Source of the DNA: the human T2T-CHM13v2.0 reference genome, Homo sapiens
Length of the DNA: 64,000 nucleotides
Assembly: GCF_009914755.1 (NCBI RefSeq)
Contig: NC_060937.1
Direction: 5' to 3' (one strand)
Shown: piece after piece, positions 13,014 to 26,000 of the stretch
Layout of the letters: every line of letters begins with the position of its first letter
How positions within the stretch are numbered: position 1 is the first letter of the stretch
Made by a program: the position numbers and the translations under genes
The notes under the pieces: model-generated
The model's input: the letters and a program-made list of their open reading frames with translations, nothing else
Database searches by the model: none
What the model was told of the DNA's origin: nothing

Positions 13014-14036
13014 GTGAGGAAAAACCAGCACAAAAAAGGCAGAAAATTCCAAAAGCCTCATTTCTTTTCCTCCAGAGGATCAAAACTCCTCACCAGCAAG
13101 GGAACAAAACTGGACTGAGAATGAGTTTGATGAATTGACAGAAGTAGGCTTCGGAAGGTGGGTAGGAACCAACTCCTCAAGCTAAAGGAGCATGTTCTGA
13201 CTCAATGCAAGGAAGCTAAGAACTTTGAAAAAAGGTTAGAGGAATTGCTAACTAAAATAACCAGTTTCAAGAAGAACATAGATGACCTGATGGAGCTGAA
13301 AAATACAGCACGAGAACTTTGTGAAGCATACAAAAGTATCAATAGTCGAATCGATCCATCAGAAGAAAGGATGTCAGAGATTGAAGATCAACTTAATGAA
13401 ATAAAGTGTGAAGACAAGATTAGAGAAAAAAGAATAAAAAGTAATTAACAAAGCCTCCAAGAAATATGGGACTATGTGAAACGACCAAATGTACGTTTGA
13501 TTGGTGTACCTGAAAGTGACAGGGAGAATGGAACCAAGTTGGAAAACACTCTTCAGGATATTATCCAGGAGAACTTCCCCAGCCTAGCAAGACAGGCCAA
13601 CATTCAAATTCAGGAAATACAGAGAACAACACAAAGATACTCCACGAGAAGAGCAACCTCAAGACACATAATCGTCAGATTCACCAAAGTTGAAATGACG
13701 GAAAAAATGTTAAGGACAGCCAGAGAGAAAGGTCGGGTTACCCACAAAGGGAAGCCCATCAGACTAACAGCGAATCTCTCTGCAGAAACCCTACAAGCCA
13801 GAAGAGAGTGGGGGCCAATATTCAACATTCTTAAAGAAAAGAATTTTCAACCCAGAATTTCATATCCAGCCAAACTAAACATCATAAGTGAAGGAGAAAT
13901 AAAATCCTTTACAGACAAGAAAAACCTGAGAGATTTTGTCACCACCAGGCCTGCCTTACAAGGGCTCCTAAAGGAAGCACTAAATATGGAAAGGAAAAAC
14001 CGGTACCAGCCACTGAAAAAACATACCAAATTGTAA
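13014..14036 (+). pseudogene. L1 ORF1p remnant (in the inverted arm)
   Basis: Start codon position reads GTG at 13014. ORFs 13158..13448 (coiled coil) and 13476..14036 ('KRPNVRLIGVPE...LQARREWGPIFNILKEKNFQPRISYPAKL') are split by a stop at 13446-13448. Confidence 0.93.
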
Positions 14037-14096
14037 AGGCCATCAACACTATGAAGAAACTCCATCAACTGGCATGCAAAATAACCAGTTAGCATC

Positions 14097-14720
14097 ATGA
14101 CAGGACCAAATTCACACATAACAATATTAACCTTAAATGTAATCAGGCTAAATGCCCCAATTAAAAGACACAGACTGGCAAATTAGATAAAGAGTCAAAC
14201 CCACTTTTGTGCTGTATTCAGGAGATCCATCTAACATGCAAAGACACACATAGGCTCAAAATAAAGGGATGGAGGAATATTTACCAAGCAAATGGAAAGC
14301 AAAAAAAGCAGGGGTTGTAATCTTAGTCTCTGATAAAACAGACTTTAAACCAACAAAGACCAAAAAAAGACAAAGTAGGGCATTACATAATGGTAAAGGA
14401 ATCAATGCTACAAGAAGAGCTAACTATCCTAAATATACATGCACCCAATACAGGAGTACCCCGATTCATAAAGCAAATTCTTAGAGACCTACAATGAGGC
14501 TTGGACTCCAACACAATAATAGTGGGAGACTTTAACCTCCCCACTGTCAATATTAGACAGATCAACGAGACAGAAAATTAACCAGGATATTCAGGACTTG
14601 AACTCAGCTCTGGACCAAGCGGACCTAATAGGCATGTACAGAACTCTCCACCCCAAATCAACAGAATATACATTCTTCTCAGCACCACATCACACTTATG
14701 CTAAAATTGACCACATAATT
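14097..14720 (+). pseudogene. L1 ORF2p endonuclease-domain remnant (in the inverted arm)
   Basis: ATG at 14097 ('atgacaggaccaaattcacacataacaatattaaccttaaatgta'); fragments 'KKAGVVILVSDKTDFKPTK' and 'YRTLHPKSTEYTFFSAPHHTYAKIDHI'; frameshifted. Confidence 0.92.
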
Positions 14721-15663
14721 GCTATGCATTTTCTAAATCAACTGCTCCTAAAACTGTCACTGAAGCATTCCCTAGATGCACTGAGGTGATCTCGGTTTAA
14801 CTTGTACCTATTTTGCCTGCTGCCTGACACCTCAGGCTTTATTGTGAATTCTGCTCCAGTGCCTCAGTTCCGTCGCACTAGTTGCTGACACCATCGTTGA
14901 TGTGCAGCAAGCTTTACTGCATTCTCAATGCTTTTGTTATTTGTCTTCACTGTAGATTTCCAGGAAATGTTCTTATAGAAGTTAAGCATAACTCTTCTTC
15001 AGCTGATTTAGGGTTTTATCTGAGACTTTGTCTAAATTTTATCTTGTTTGGACACCAAACTTTAGAAAGGGAATCCATGCGTTGAATAGAAGGGTGAATA
15101 AAATAGACATAGATATTTCTTCCAATTGAGAATCTATCTAATTCTGATTAATCGCTACCTCTCAAGCCTTATTTTTTTCTGCTTTATATCAAAGGAGAAT
15201 GGGTAGGGAAGGTTTTCTTCTGTTAAAATTACAACATATATTAATATTTTATCTTATCTGTTATATGTTTTTCAAAATATTTTAATCAACATACATGTTT
15301 CTTTTATCATTTATCTTTATTCTGAAGCCAATTATATTAAGCTTTATGAAATACCCGCCATTCAAGATAAAAAAAATTTATTTAAATAAATAAAGAAGGG
15401 ATAATTATCCAGGCGTAATAGGAACACTGCGAGAATAGGTATATAGTACAATTTTATTAAATTGAATACATAATGACTCATTTGCATCATTAGTTTCAGT
15501 TGCCTTGAAAAACAGTAATGAAAAGTCTGATTAGAAAAATTATAATAGTGAGCGAGGCAGCAGGACAATACACAGTACAGGTGCATGGATCTATATTTTA
15601 GGATCAGGGATTGATGTAGAATAATTGGGGACAAAACCTAGACTTTAAGAATGATTTAGCATC

Positions 15664-15998
15664 GCCCAGTCACCGTGGCTCACGCCTGTAATCCCAGCAC
15701 TTTGGGAGGCCAAGGCAGTCAGGTCACCTGAAGTCGGGAGTTCGAGACCAGCCTGACCAACATGGAGAAACCCCCTCTCTGCTAAAAATACAAAATTAGC
15801 TGGGCATGGTGGTGCATGCCTGTAATCCCAGCTACTCAGGAGGATGAGGCAGGTGAATCACTCGAATCCAGGATGCAGAGGTTGCAGTGAGCTGAGATCG
15901 TGCCACTGCACTCCAGCCTGGACAACAAGAGCAAAACTCTGTCTCAAAAAAAAAAAAAAAAAAAAAAAAAGAAAAGAAAAGGAAAGAAAGAATAAAAA
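15664..15998 (+). mobile_element. Full-length Alu (AluSp-like) with long A-rich tail
   Basis: Dimeric Alu with 'gtcgggagttcgagaccagcctgaccaacatggagaaaccc' and 'caacaagagcaaaactc'; imperfect TSD gatttag(c/g)atc on both sides. Confidence 0.95.
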
Positions 15999-16472
15999 AA
16001 GATTTAGGATCACAGAAAACAAAAGAAAAAAATATTCCAGAGATGTAAAGAGTTTAGAATACATGTCAACCCTCAGAAACTAAGCCTTGGATGCTTCTTA
16101 AAGCCTTTGATGTACCCACTTCCATGCAAAGTATACATACACTCCTCCTCCCACACACAAGTGATGGGCATCTGCCATTTAAAATGTATACCTAAGTAAC
16201 CCTGACATTGTAATCCAGGGAAATGTTCCTGTTTCTCAGTCCTGTGTGATATTGGACAGATGTCTCTATAAAACAAACAAAACCTTTTAAATATGTATAT
16301 TTCTAATTCTATAATTCAAAGGCAAAATTAAATTAATTATGTTATTTGGCCCATACCTCATAAGAACTAACAAACTAAACAAGGAACTACTCCCTTTCTG
16401 GCCCACTTCTTTAGCCCTATCCCCACCACGATCCTCTTCAAACACACCATACATCAGAGACATTCACGTTAA

Positions 16473-16493
16473 TGTGTGTGTGTGTGTGTGTGT
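16473..16493. repeat. (TG)n microsatellite
   Basis: Directly visible. Confidence 0.95.
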
Positions 16494-17214
16494 ATATCTA
16501 TATGCTTCTCTGAAATTGTATTATATGGTTTCATGGATGTATCTGTTTTTATTACACAAGTTATATTTTTGTATAAGCCTCATTGAATTTTAATTTTTCT
16601 TGCTCAGTAGTGTGTATTAAGAGCAATGCATATATGCGTGGCATTCTGTTACAAAAATCTACTCCATTTTGTTTACTGTGTTTATTCTTGGTTGCCAACA
16701 GCCTTCAAATGCTACATAAAAACACAAGCGAATACTGGATTTCCCTGTCCATTTCTCCTTTGCTTGTTATTTGGAGAGCAGTACGATCGCCTTATTGAAC
16801 TTATGAATAGAGAGGTGACAACATTCATTATCAGAGACAGCATTTCAATTCTGCAGAAACTAACACTGACTCAAAGAAATTGTTGATGTCATTGGGTGTC
16901 TGCGTGCCACTTCTTCAAAAGGATATCACATTTTTTCTCTCTCTCTCTGTCTTTTCTAAAATCTAGATGTTGTGGTTAGATTTTCAAGAAGAGGGTTATA
17001 CTTCACCAGACAATGAGAGGATTTTAAAACCAACACTCTTTGGGACCTATCTTAGACACTGCTTATGATATCCTTGGTTACATACATATTTTTAGTTATC
17101 CTTTTACATAAAGCTTTTCTTGTTTAAGTGTTAAGTTGTCAGAATTGTTACTTTTCTCTCTGGAAAAAAGACATCAAATGAAATTAAAACCCATGTATAT
17201 TTGGAAAAATATAT

Positions 17215-17530
17215 TTTGATAAGGTTAGCTGCTGTCCAAAAGAAAATCCAAAATAAAATTGGCTTAAACAAGAGACAAGCTTATTCATCTCTTAGGAAGA
17301 TCTTATCTTGCTGTTCTACCACTCTGGCTCTACGTCTGAATCTTAAGCAGGAAGAATGGGTAAAGAAAGGGATAAATGGACCCCTTGAGTCATGTTTTGA
17401 AGTTTCCAGGAAGTTCAGCTTACATTTTCTCATTCAGCACTTCTTCATTTGGCCATGCAATATGACTCAAAAAGGCTAGTCTTTATTATAGGCAGTAGTG
17501 TGCAGAGATGATAATTTGGGAGACTATTTG
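17215..17530 (-). mobile_element. Degenerate old MaLR/ERVL LTR (MLT1K/L- or LTR33-like)
   Basis: 'aggttagctgctgtccaaaagaaaatccaaaataaaattggcttaaacaagagacaagcttatt' and 'ggctagtctttattataggcag' resemble these LTRs; weak. Confidence 0.45.
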
Positions 17531-18129
17531 CTGTCACAGAGATAGACTGTTTCCTGAAAATATGGCCCATCTCTGTAATTCTTTGTATCATGGTATGTCC
17601 TTTGCTTCTTTGAGTCAAACTAGTTACTTTATCTAGTATTGCTTTAAGCTTCAGAATGAGCACTTCAACTGTAGATATTTTTTGTCTGCAGCTTTTTTTT
17701 TTAGCTATGTCAAGGATAGTTCTCTCATCATTCGCTATGCTTCTTGTCTTCACTCCTTTTCAGATGACTTATGCTCAGCATCAGTGCTGTTGGCAGCCAA
17801 AAATGTATTTTTGAGGTTTTGGATTATATTTATCTCCAAGATTCTCTAAAAATGCATTTTCTGAATTATTTAAAAATTATTTTTTTGCTTTTGTATGATA
17901 TCCAAAAGGAGAAAGAGGAAATGCTAAAATACACTGACTTGTTCAAAGCAGATGTTCTTATAAGTAGTTTAATTTTTTTCTAGTAGAGGAAAATACAGAT
18001 AATAGAAGCAAATTTAATTCAACTTGGAAAGATGAAGTAATTAACAAGAATATATGTTAGTTTTCTTCTAGATGAAGCATATAGGTATATAGAAAATAAC
18101 GTTATTTTAATTCTGGTCATAAGAGAAGG

Positions 18130-18300
18130 GATATAGTAAATGGGAAAGAGAATGTGCTTGGTTTACCGATATTTATTTCAATACACACCTCAATAATTAA
18201 TAACTGTGTGCCTTTTGGAAAATTCTTAATTTATAATTTTTGGTTTCTGACATTTTAAAATAAACAATATTATCCTGCCTTTTTACAGAGTTGTTATTGC
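18130..18300 (+). mobile_element. MIR SINE (degenerate)
   Basis: Core-like 'taactgtgtgccttttggaaaattcttaattt...ggtttctgacattttaaaat...cctttttacagagttgtt'. Confidence 0.6.
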
Positions 18301-18389
18301 CTGGTGCATTCATCTATAAATCTAAAAGTCATACCATTATTTAAGCCAGCTGTTTCAGGTCATGGAGTACAAAGAAGTCCAATAAATTG

Positions 18390-21300
18390 CATATGTGTGA
18401 GGTGCTTATAGCATAAACATTGTGGACAACAAAGATAAACCTATATGCAGTATGAGGATCTATTTCAGTGAGACTAATGTACTGCCCATTCTGTGATGGG
18501 GTGTCTCATTCAATTTACCCACCACCAGGTAACTGACTGGTCAACTTAGATATGATATCATTTGGAGAGCTTACTGTTGGTCTCTGCTTTAGGCAGGTGG
18601 ATGCTATCTGTAGCTGGATTCAAATCAGCTTTGGTGAGTCAAAGTCCAGATTGCTGACCCCAGGCATTCTTATCACTGCTGCTATGAGCACTTAGTTTAT
18701 GAACCCAACAGGAAAGCATAGATATAGCTAAAGGGAAATATTTCCTGTTATCCTTAGAATGGGTCAACTTTCCCATCTAATTATTATAATTCTCCCTTTC
18801 TAAATTGCATTTTCATGAAGTTTCTTATGGGACACAAGTATCTTCATACCCAGGGCCATTCAGAAATGTTTTCCTATGCACCACATTTCTTTGTCACAGT
18901 TTTTCCCTTTTCTTCTTTTCAAATCGATAACATTCAGCCAAATCAGCAACCACTGTCCATGAATGAAGAAAGATCCATGCTTCTGGCTATCTTTCCTACT
19001 ACACAACATTAAAAACCAGGTATACTGTTTGAAGGTGAGGATTTTCCTTAATTAACATAATAACCTTTTAGTATCACCTTTCTGGAAGTGATCCCAGAGT
19101 AACTCCATTGTAATGCTGCACCTGTGTATAGTGCCAGTGTATTGTGTAAAAACATTTGTAAACAGCCCCCATTGCTTTTCATTAGCTGCTATATATATAG
19201 GGAATTCCCCTAAAAGACCATACATGTGGGTTGAGGGAGTGGGGGCAATGTAATACCATTCCACCATAGATACTAGAAGCACCATGTAATCTGCTAAGTT
19301 ATATGATGCAAGTATGACAACCTGGACATATTGCAAAGCATTGTCTTGTTTTATGACCTGCTCAAAATTGTGAGCTTTGTTTTGGTTACTCAGCAAACTA
19401 GTCAGGATAGCATGCACAGATGGAAGTACATATTGCCTCCAAGTTCCAAAGAGGTCCTCTTCCTTAGTGGTTGGAGATGCCTGAAGTATGTTGTCATTCA
19501 ACTTGAAAGTGATCTCAAAACATTTTTCAAACCTGTAATTTTTAAGGGATTTGTTTTCCATCTTTTGATATGTATATATTTTAACAAGATGTCTATAATA
19601 GTGATTGCATCTGAATTAATCAGGCCTAATCAGCATGATTATTATTGATGAAATAAATCAATGTAATATACCATTCTGGGGGAATGGAGGGATGATTATG
19701 TTTGCTCCAAGTGATGTAGGATTAGACAGTTTCATAGCTAGGGCAGAGAGCACATATTACTAGCAAGTTCAGCTGAAAGTAAAGTGCTTTTATGGCATTT
19801 ACTATAAATATAGAGAAGAAAAAATATTTTCAGGATCAATAGACACATACGAGGTGCTGGCTGAGGGATTTGTTAATTTATTCCAGCTATGAAACTTCAT
19901 CTATAAAAGCAGCTGCAGTTGGGAGTCAACATGTAATTGAGATGACGACAATCCATCCTTATTCTCCAAATCTATCTGGATTGTGTATGACCCTAATAGG
20001 CAAATTGAATAACAATGTAGCATGAATCAATATCCTTGCATTTTTCAAGTCTTTCAGAGTGGCACAAATCTCTACAATTCTCTCATGATTTATTTTGAAT
20101 TACTCTATTGGTAGATAGAGTCAGTTCTAGTGGTTTTCAGTTGACCTTTCTTATTATAAGAGCCCAGGTGATGAATGTGGGAACTCTGCCAGTGGCTAAG
20201 TGTGACTATTCCAATTATAGGAAATAATCACCAGGGATGTTTATCTCAGTAGGCCCTTTGTAAAATGGACACAAGCCAAAACTCCATTGCTTATTTGACC
20301 TCCATAACCCCCTAATCTTGATGGCGAACAGCAAAATGGCATTTCAGGTCTCTAGCATTAAGGTCATTTCAGAGACAGAGTTCAGTAACCCCTTAAATAT
20401 CTAATCATTTCCTCTTTTCCAATCCAAAATCACCGTGGTAAATGGCCACAGGTAATTTGGGGAAAAGCAGAAACAAATTTTGCGTAGTCATTTTTGGATA
20501 TAGGGAAGGATTCTTCCTTGAATGAACCTTGCCTCTTATTCAATCAAAAGACTGTGGGTTGAACTCACTGAAGTCTGGGAATTGGTACAGGGGTTGTGAT
20601 TTGTATTATAGTGACTTAAACAATTACATTCAACAAATCTGGAGTTGGATTACTCATACAAGTTTAGCAGGATATCCATATATTTCATTTTAGTGATGCA
20701 GTAATCAACTGGCCAATGCCAAAAATCTCTGCAGGTTAGACTATTCTGATTACTGTGTTGGCTTGTCACTGATTATGGCAAACATGCATCCTTTCTCTTT
20801 GGCAATTAAAACTCACAATTTGCACCAGATCCCTTTACTCCCTTGAAGATTTGGAGAGCTCATTTTAATAGAAGTAGTTCTGACTACCATTTCTGGCTTG
20901 TAAAGAATAGTCATCACAGGACTTTTAAAGCATGGAGAGATTCCATTCATAAATGTATTTCTGTAAACTTATGAAGGACTGTCCTTTATAACTTCCATAA
21001 GTTGCTGTTCATTTTATATGATAAATCTACTAATGCATTCCAATCTCCATCAACACTTGGATGCCTTAATCTACAGGCATTCATTATGCCTTCGGCATAA
21101 TAAAGAAGTTCTGGTATGTCCCCTTCATTTAGTGTAATGCACATTTAGGCCCAAATCAATCAACAAAGAAAAATATAGCTACTCACATCTAACTGAATTA
21201 AGACATAAATTAATAGATTGTATCTATTGAATATTGATATGAATATTGAATGTGAAATACTTACTTATGGAGTCTCAATTCAGCCTGATCAAACAAAATA

Positions 21301-21700
21301 TTTGTTAACCCAGTTCTAAGAACTTTAGTATTAATTACAATATATGATCCCCAGGTTTCTATGTAAATTTTTTAAATCATAAAAGTTTTTTATGTGTATC
21401 ACACCTTTCCATGGGTCATACTGTGTACCTTATTTTCTGGGATTTCTTGAGACTTAAGTCTAGTTATATATTGAGGAGTAATAAGGGATAAAGAGGTACA
21501 TTTCAGAAGGATCAGCAGTCCCTTGGAATAGCAGGACCACAGGGGAGCACACCAAAGTTTCTTCAGGCAAAAGTAGATGAAGTCTTCAGACAGAGAGGAA
21601 AAAGTACTCCCACTGGTAAAGGAGATTCAACAAAATTTTAGGGATTCAAGATTTGAAAATATATGACTTTTACAATTTTCAGTGTCCTATTCCTTCCTAA
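18390..21700 (-). mobile_element. ERVL-class endogenous retrovirus internal region (decayed gag-pol-integrase)
   Basis: Minus-strand remnants in retroviral order: gag-like ~20900-21450; RT N-terminal 'WR..D.R.LN...TP..AAA' ~19908-19970; YIDD-equivalent decayed to 'FINN.IMLI' ~19625-19660; ORF 19052..19561 'PTTKEEDLFGTWRQ...NFEQVIKQDNALQYVQ' (cf. ERVL PTTKKEAQ..LFGFWRQ / FEWGPEQEKALQQVQ); integrase-like 'LTKADL', 'QRPT.S', 'TWW' ~18440-18710. Confidence 0.85.
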
Positions 21701-21779
21701 ACATTGGCTTTTTATCCCTACATAACAAGGATCTTCCTTTTTCCAGTTTACAATGTTACATCTTCTTCACTTCCTCACT

Positions 21780-21972
21780 TCCTTCCGGAGTCCTCCTGGG
21801 CAGCATCTTGCAAGTCCAAGTTTCTGCTAACAGTCTCTTCAAGAAAATTTAGCACTTCTCACTTAGACTCTTGAAAATCATTTTAGCCTCTGCTCACAGA
21901 CTAATTCCAAAGCGTTTCCTACATTTATAGGCATTTATTATAGCAACACCCCCACTTCCAGGTAACACAATC
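21780..21972 (-). mobile_element. MaLR internal-sequence 5' start (MLT1-int-like)
   Basis: 'ttccaaagcgtttcctacatttataggcatttattatagcaacacccccacttccaggtaac' matches the antisense MaLR leader that abuts the 5' LTR. Confidence 0.75.
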
Positions 21973-22546
21973 TCTATTAATTTTCTATTGTTTCCTAACA
22001 AATTACCACAATGTTAGTGGCTTAATGCAATAACAATTTATTATCTAAAAATTTCTGTGGGTCCAGGACTCTGGGTACAGATTAGCTGGTTCCTTTGCTC
22101 AGAGTCTCATCAGGCTGAAATCAAGGTCTCAGTTGGGCCCGCATTCTCATCTGAGGACTGGAGCCTTCTCCTAAGCCTGTTTGGATTGCTGTCAAAATCG
22201 ACTTCACTGTGGTTGTAGACCTGAGCTTCCTAATTTCTTTCTGGCTGTCAACCAGGAGCTGTTTCTAGTTTGCAGTTCCTGCTCTGTGACCCTCTCTACA
22301 AGACTGCAGTTTGCTTGTTCAAGGTCAGCAGGCAAAATGTCTTTCACCTTCTTTTAGAGAACCATCAAATTAGGCCAAGCCCACCAGTATAATCTACTTT
22401 TGATTACTTAAAAGTCTGTCTATTGTAGGAATGGTATCTCATTACAGTCACAACTTCTGCACACCTATCGGGAGAGGAGGCTATACAAGTTTTGAACACC
22501 AGGGGGCAGGAATTTGAGAGATTGTCTTGGAATTTTGCTTATGACA
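21973..22546 (-). mobile_element. MLT1E/F-like MaLR LTR
   Basis: 'taacaaattaccacaatgttagtggcttaa...tttgctcagagtctcatcaggctgaaatcaagg...caccagggggcaggaatttgagagattgtcttggaattttgcttatgaca'. Confidence 0.85.
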
Positions 22547-22549
22547 CCC

Positions 22550-23040
22550 AGTGAATTTGGAAAACATCAACCCGATAGATGTGGTTGAGAACAAGGATAA
22601 ACTAAAGCTGGAAAATGCAAACAAAAAACTTTGGGGACAAAATAAAATCTGTGCCTCTATCTCACTGTCTGCAACTATGGCTGTGGAGGCTCCGCAGGAG
22701 AGGTCAATATCTGCTGCCATGTAGCTCTACATATACCTAGCCCAGCATCAGAAAAGATGAAGGAATAGGTATGGTGGGAGCTAGAGTTGCTGCAGGTTCA
22801 GCTGATGCCCCACTTCAAAAACGTGACCAAACACATTAGTGACAACATGTGCAAGCTGCCATAGTGGATAACACCCTCCTTCAGTCTTCACAGTACAAAA
22901 ATAAGACTGCCTTTATTTCTACCTCAAACTCTCAAAAAATTTGTCTGCTGGTCAATATTAACCAGAGGACATATAGTAAAAAAAATTCTGAGGATTGTGG
23001 ATGCAGCTTAGCTAAATTGACATAGTAATTAACCACCACA
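22550..23040 (-). mobile_element. ERVL-type LTR (MLT2/LTR40/LTR41-like), probable 5' LTR of the ERVL at 18390-21700
   Basis: Ends 'agctaaattgacatagtaattaaccaccaca', the reverse complement of a 'tgtg.tggttaatt...tgtcaa' ERVL LTR start; left boundary uncertain. Confidence 0.6.
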
Positions 23041-26000
23041 ATCAATAAGGCAGGAAGATAACTAAAGGGAGCCTATCTAGGTAGGGGCTTTTAGTACCAA
23101 GGTGTTTGAATAATTTCCTCTATAACACTAGATGTCTAATAATTTATGACCTCTCAACAAAGCAACGTATTTCCTATTATTTACAGAATTCAATATAGCC
23201 TATACAGCAAAAAGATAGATTTTTTTAAAAACCAAAATTGTGACTTTAGAGAGGATGGTATACTCATGAAGTTTTAGATGTTTTCCCGCTCTAAGAATCA
23301 AATTTATTATTTGTTGTAACAGCAAAGTGGTATCTCGCTGTATCCGAGTTTATCTGAAGAAAACTCAAAGCTATCTCCTGAAGTTACCATGTTATTTTAT
23401 ATCAACGTATTCGTGTATTATTAGTTTTAGTAAATTCAATTTGACAACCATTTTTATTACATGGTATGTTCTATGTATCAGTTATTTTGTTAAACCTGGG
23501 GGACACCATAACACAGCAGATAAGCCCACAATCTCAGTATGTAATTTTTTTTTAATCCTAATCAATTTTAACACTGAGAAAGCACAATATTGTAACTTCA
23601 AAATATTCATATAAAATTTTGTTGCTGATCTTTCTTAAAACATCACATTGCATTAGACAGAAAGATAAGTAAATATTTCCAAACATTGTATTTCAAAATA
23701 TTTTCTTAAGATCAGATATGTAAATCATAGGCATTTTGAGTCTTCATTAGCTATCTCACTTTTCAAGGAAGAAAGACTGTTTATTGGCTTAAAAATGTAG
23801 TTTTGCAGGTCATTTTACTAATATAAAGCCAATTTTCATAATTCAATGTTTTGTAATTTTTTTATGTATATATGCATACTTGCATATTATACATATGTGT
23901 GTATGTATATATATGTTTTCATATAACATAATCTGTGGCATATAAGAATAAATTACAGAAAGTCATGCTAGAAGCAATTAACACTTTGATTATAAAATTT
24001 CAAGGTCCAGGTATTCTATGCCAGTACTTGATGCTTTGGTTAATTAATATGTATATAGAACAGAATTTGTCTGTTAGTGTGAGTGTGTTTTCACGTTTAA
24101 AGAGAATTTTAATATTTAAAGGGAGGCCTGGTGAAAACTATGGAAAATTTCTGTGAACGTTATAAATAAACTAGGTGGCAAAAACCGTGAAAATGAATAA
24201 AATACTTATACTTGTATATTAACAATTATGGTCTTTGGAGTGAGATCTTCCTGCACCACTATTGAGAATAATAGGTAGGGTTAAATGTGGAAAGCAAATC
24301 TAATGTGACTAGGCTAAAAAACTAAAAGTGAGATTAGCCAGACAATTTAAGCAGGTATTAATGCTGATAAAACATCAAAGAAACAACACAAGGGGAAATT
24401 CTCAGAAAATCAGCTCCCCTGCTTTGCTTTTTAAAGTCAGATTCCTATAAGGAACTCCTAAATTATTAGAAAGAAAGGCTGTGATAAATATATTTACCTG
24501 TCCCAAGAAATAATTTGCCTATCTGTAAGGAAAGTTTGCAGGCTTCTCAGAAAAATAGTATTCAGGAAGAATAAGTGCTTTTAACCCTTCATGAATACAA
24601 TCTGAACGTCACAAATTTTATATACTTTCCTTCTTTAAAGATTAAAAAAATTTTTTTTCTAGTTATGTGTTTGCTGACATATCTTCTTTTTTTCAACATG
24701 TTTATGTTTCTCTTTTGTAGGGAACATGTTGACTCAGTTTTTGGATCCCATATTCTTTTGGTTTTTCCCATTTTCACCCTGACTTAAAGCAGTGATCAGA
24801 ATATATCAAAAACTTAATAAATATTTCATTGAATTGAACATTGGCAGCCATGTTTTCATATTTGTGACAAACTATGTAGCTTCTAGCCTCAGCATCTATA
24901 TACATATGAGAACAGATAATTGACTTTAAAATAACCTTACCCCCTACAAATCATTTAAATAATGAAGCTTCTCAAAGACTGCTAATCAAAGTACATGGAG
25001 AAGAGTCGTACATATTCATGAGTTGTTTAATATTGTTGTTAATAATTGCAGTACTCATTTTATATAAAAATTCAATCTTTTTTTCTATGTATCATTTGGT
25101 AAAGCTCTTTACTAAACAGAATGTAAATGATTATCAATTCTTTCTTGCTTTGATATACAGTCTGTGCCTCAAAGAGGATAAACCAAAGTATGCATACATC
25201 CTGAAAGCTGTGATATTGTGCAGAAATGATATGAATTTGAAAAATCATACAGATAGCATCATTCAAATAACTTGGGCTCTTCCTATTTCCTGAACTTTTT
25301 TCACTTGTAAGTCTTTGTAAATTCTACACACTCTTTGAATTGTCCCCAATTATTCACAAGCTATGCATGAATACCCATGTATCCAGGCTGAATACTGTAA
25401 TTATCAGAACTGATTTTGATTGTGAAGTTATAACCACTTCATCTCTTCCTAATGTGAATCAGCCCTATAAGAAATGTTATGTGCTTTGTAAATGGTAATT
25501 AGGTAAATATGAAAAAAATGAGAATAACTTTTAAGGGGAAGATGCAATGGTTTCCTGGCTTAGCAAATTAGAAGGGTTGCTGCTTACAATTGAATGTTGA
25601 TTGAAGGCGTCTTTCTTAAAAAGTAAAATATTTTAAGTCATTGTTGCTTTCTGAATCAAAACTGAGTTGCTCAACTTTTAAAAGCCAAGGCCTTAACCTC
25701 TTCCTATCTTAGGCTTAGTTACCTGTATATGAGTTTTTATATATAGACATCTGTATAAATCTATTTTTGAAAAGTAAGAAATGTGAAGGAATAGAGAGTA
25801 GCTAAATTAACATGGAGAAGGAACTTTGTAAGATGATTTGTAAAATTACAAAGAAAAAGGTTTTTGGAGAAAAATTTCTAATTTCAGCATGAAGATTCTG
25901 TTCTTTCTTCCTTCTGAAATTATTGTATATAATATTACCTGGTCCATCAATGGTGCCTCCACGTCTGATAAATATGATGTGTTTCTGATCTAGTAATATT

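Larger units (their letters stand above)
9385..14720 (-). mobile_element. L1PA7-like LINE-1, ~5.3 kb, 5'-inverted, with 14-bp TSD
   Basis: Minus-strand T-rich tail, 3'UTR and ORF2 at 9385-12794, then plus-strand 3' part of the 5'UTR, ORF1 and ORF2 start at 12795-14720. TSD ttgctatgcatttt at 9371-9384 and 14719-14732. Confidence 0.96.

Noticed and set aside
13476-14036. 186-aa ORF as a functional gene
   Set aside because: It is the C-terminal half of L1 ORF1p in a rearranged, promoterless copy with an upstream stop and a non-ATG start.
16690-16910. Possible enhancer in repeat-poor sequence with an AP-1 site (tgactca near 16866)
   Set aside because: A single 7-mer motif; conservation and chromatin state cannot be judged from the sequence alone.
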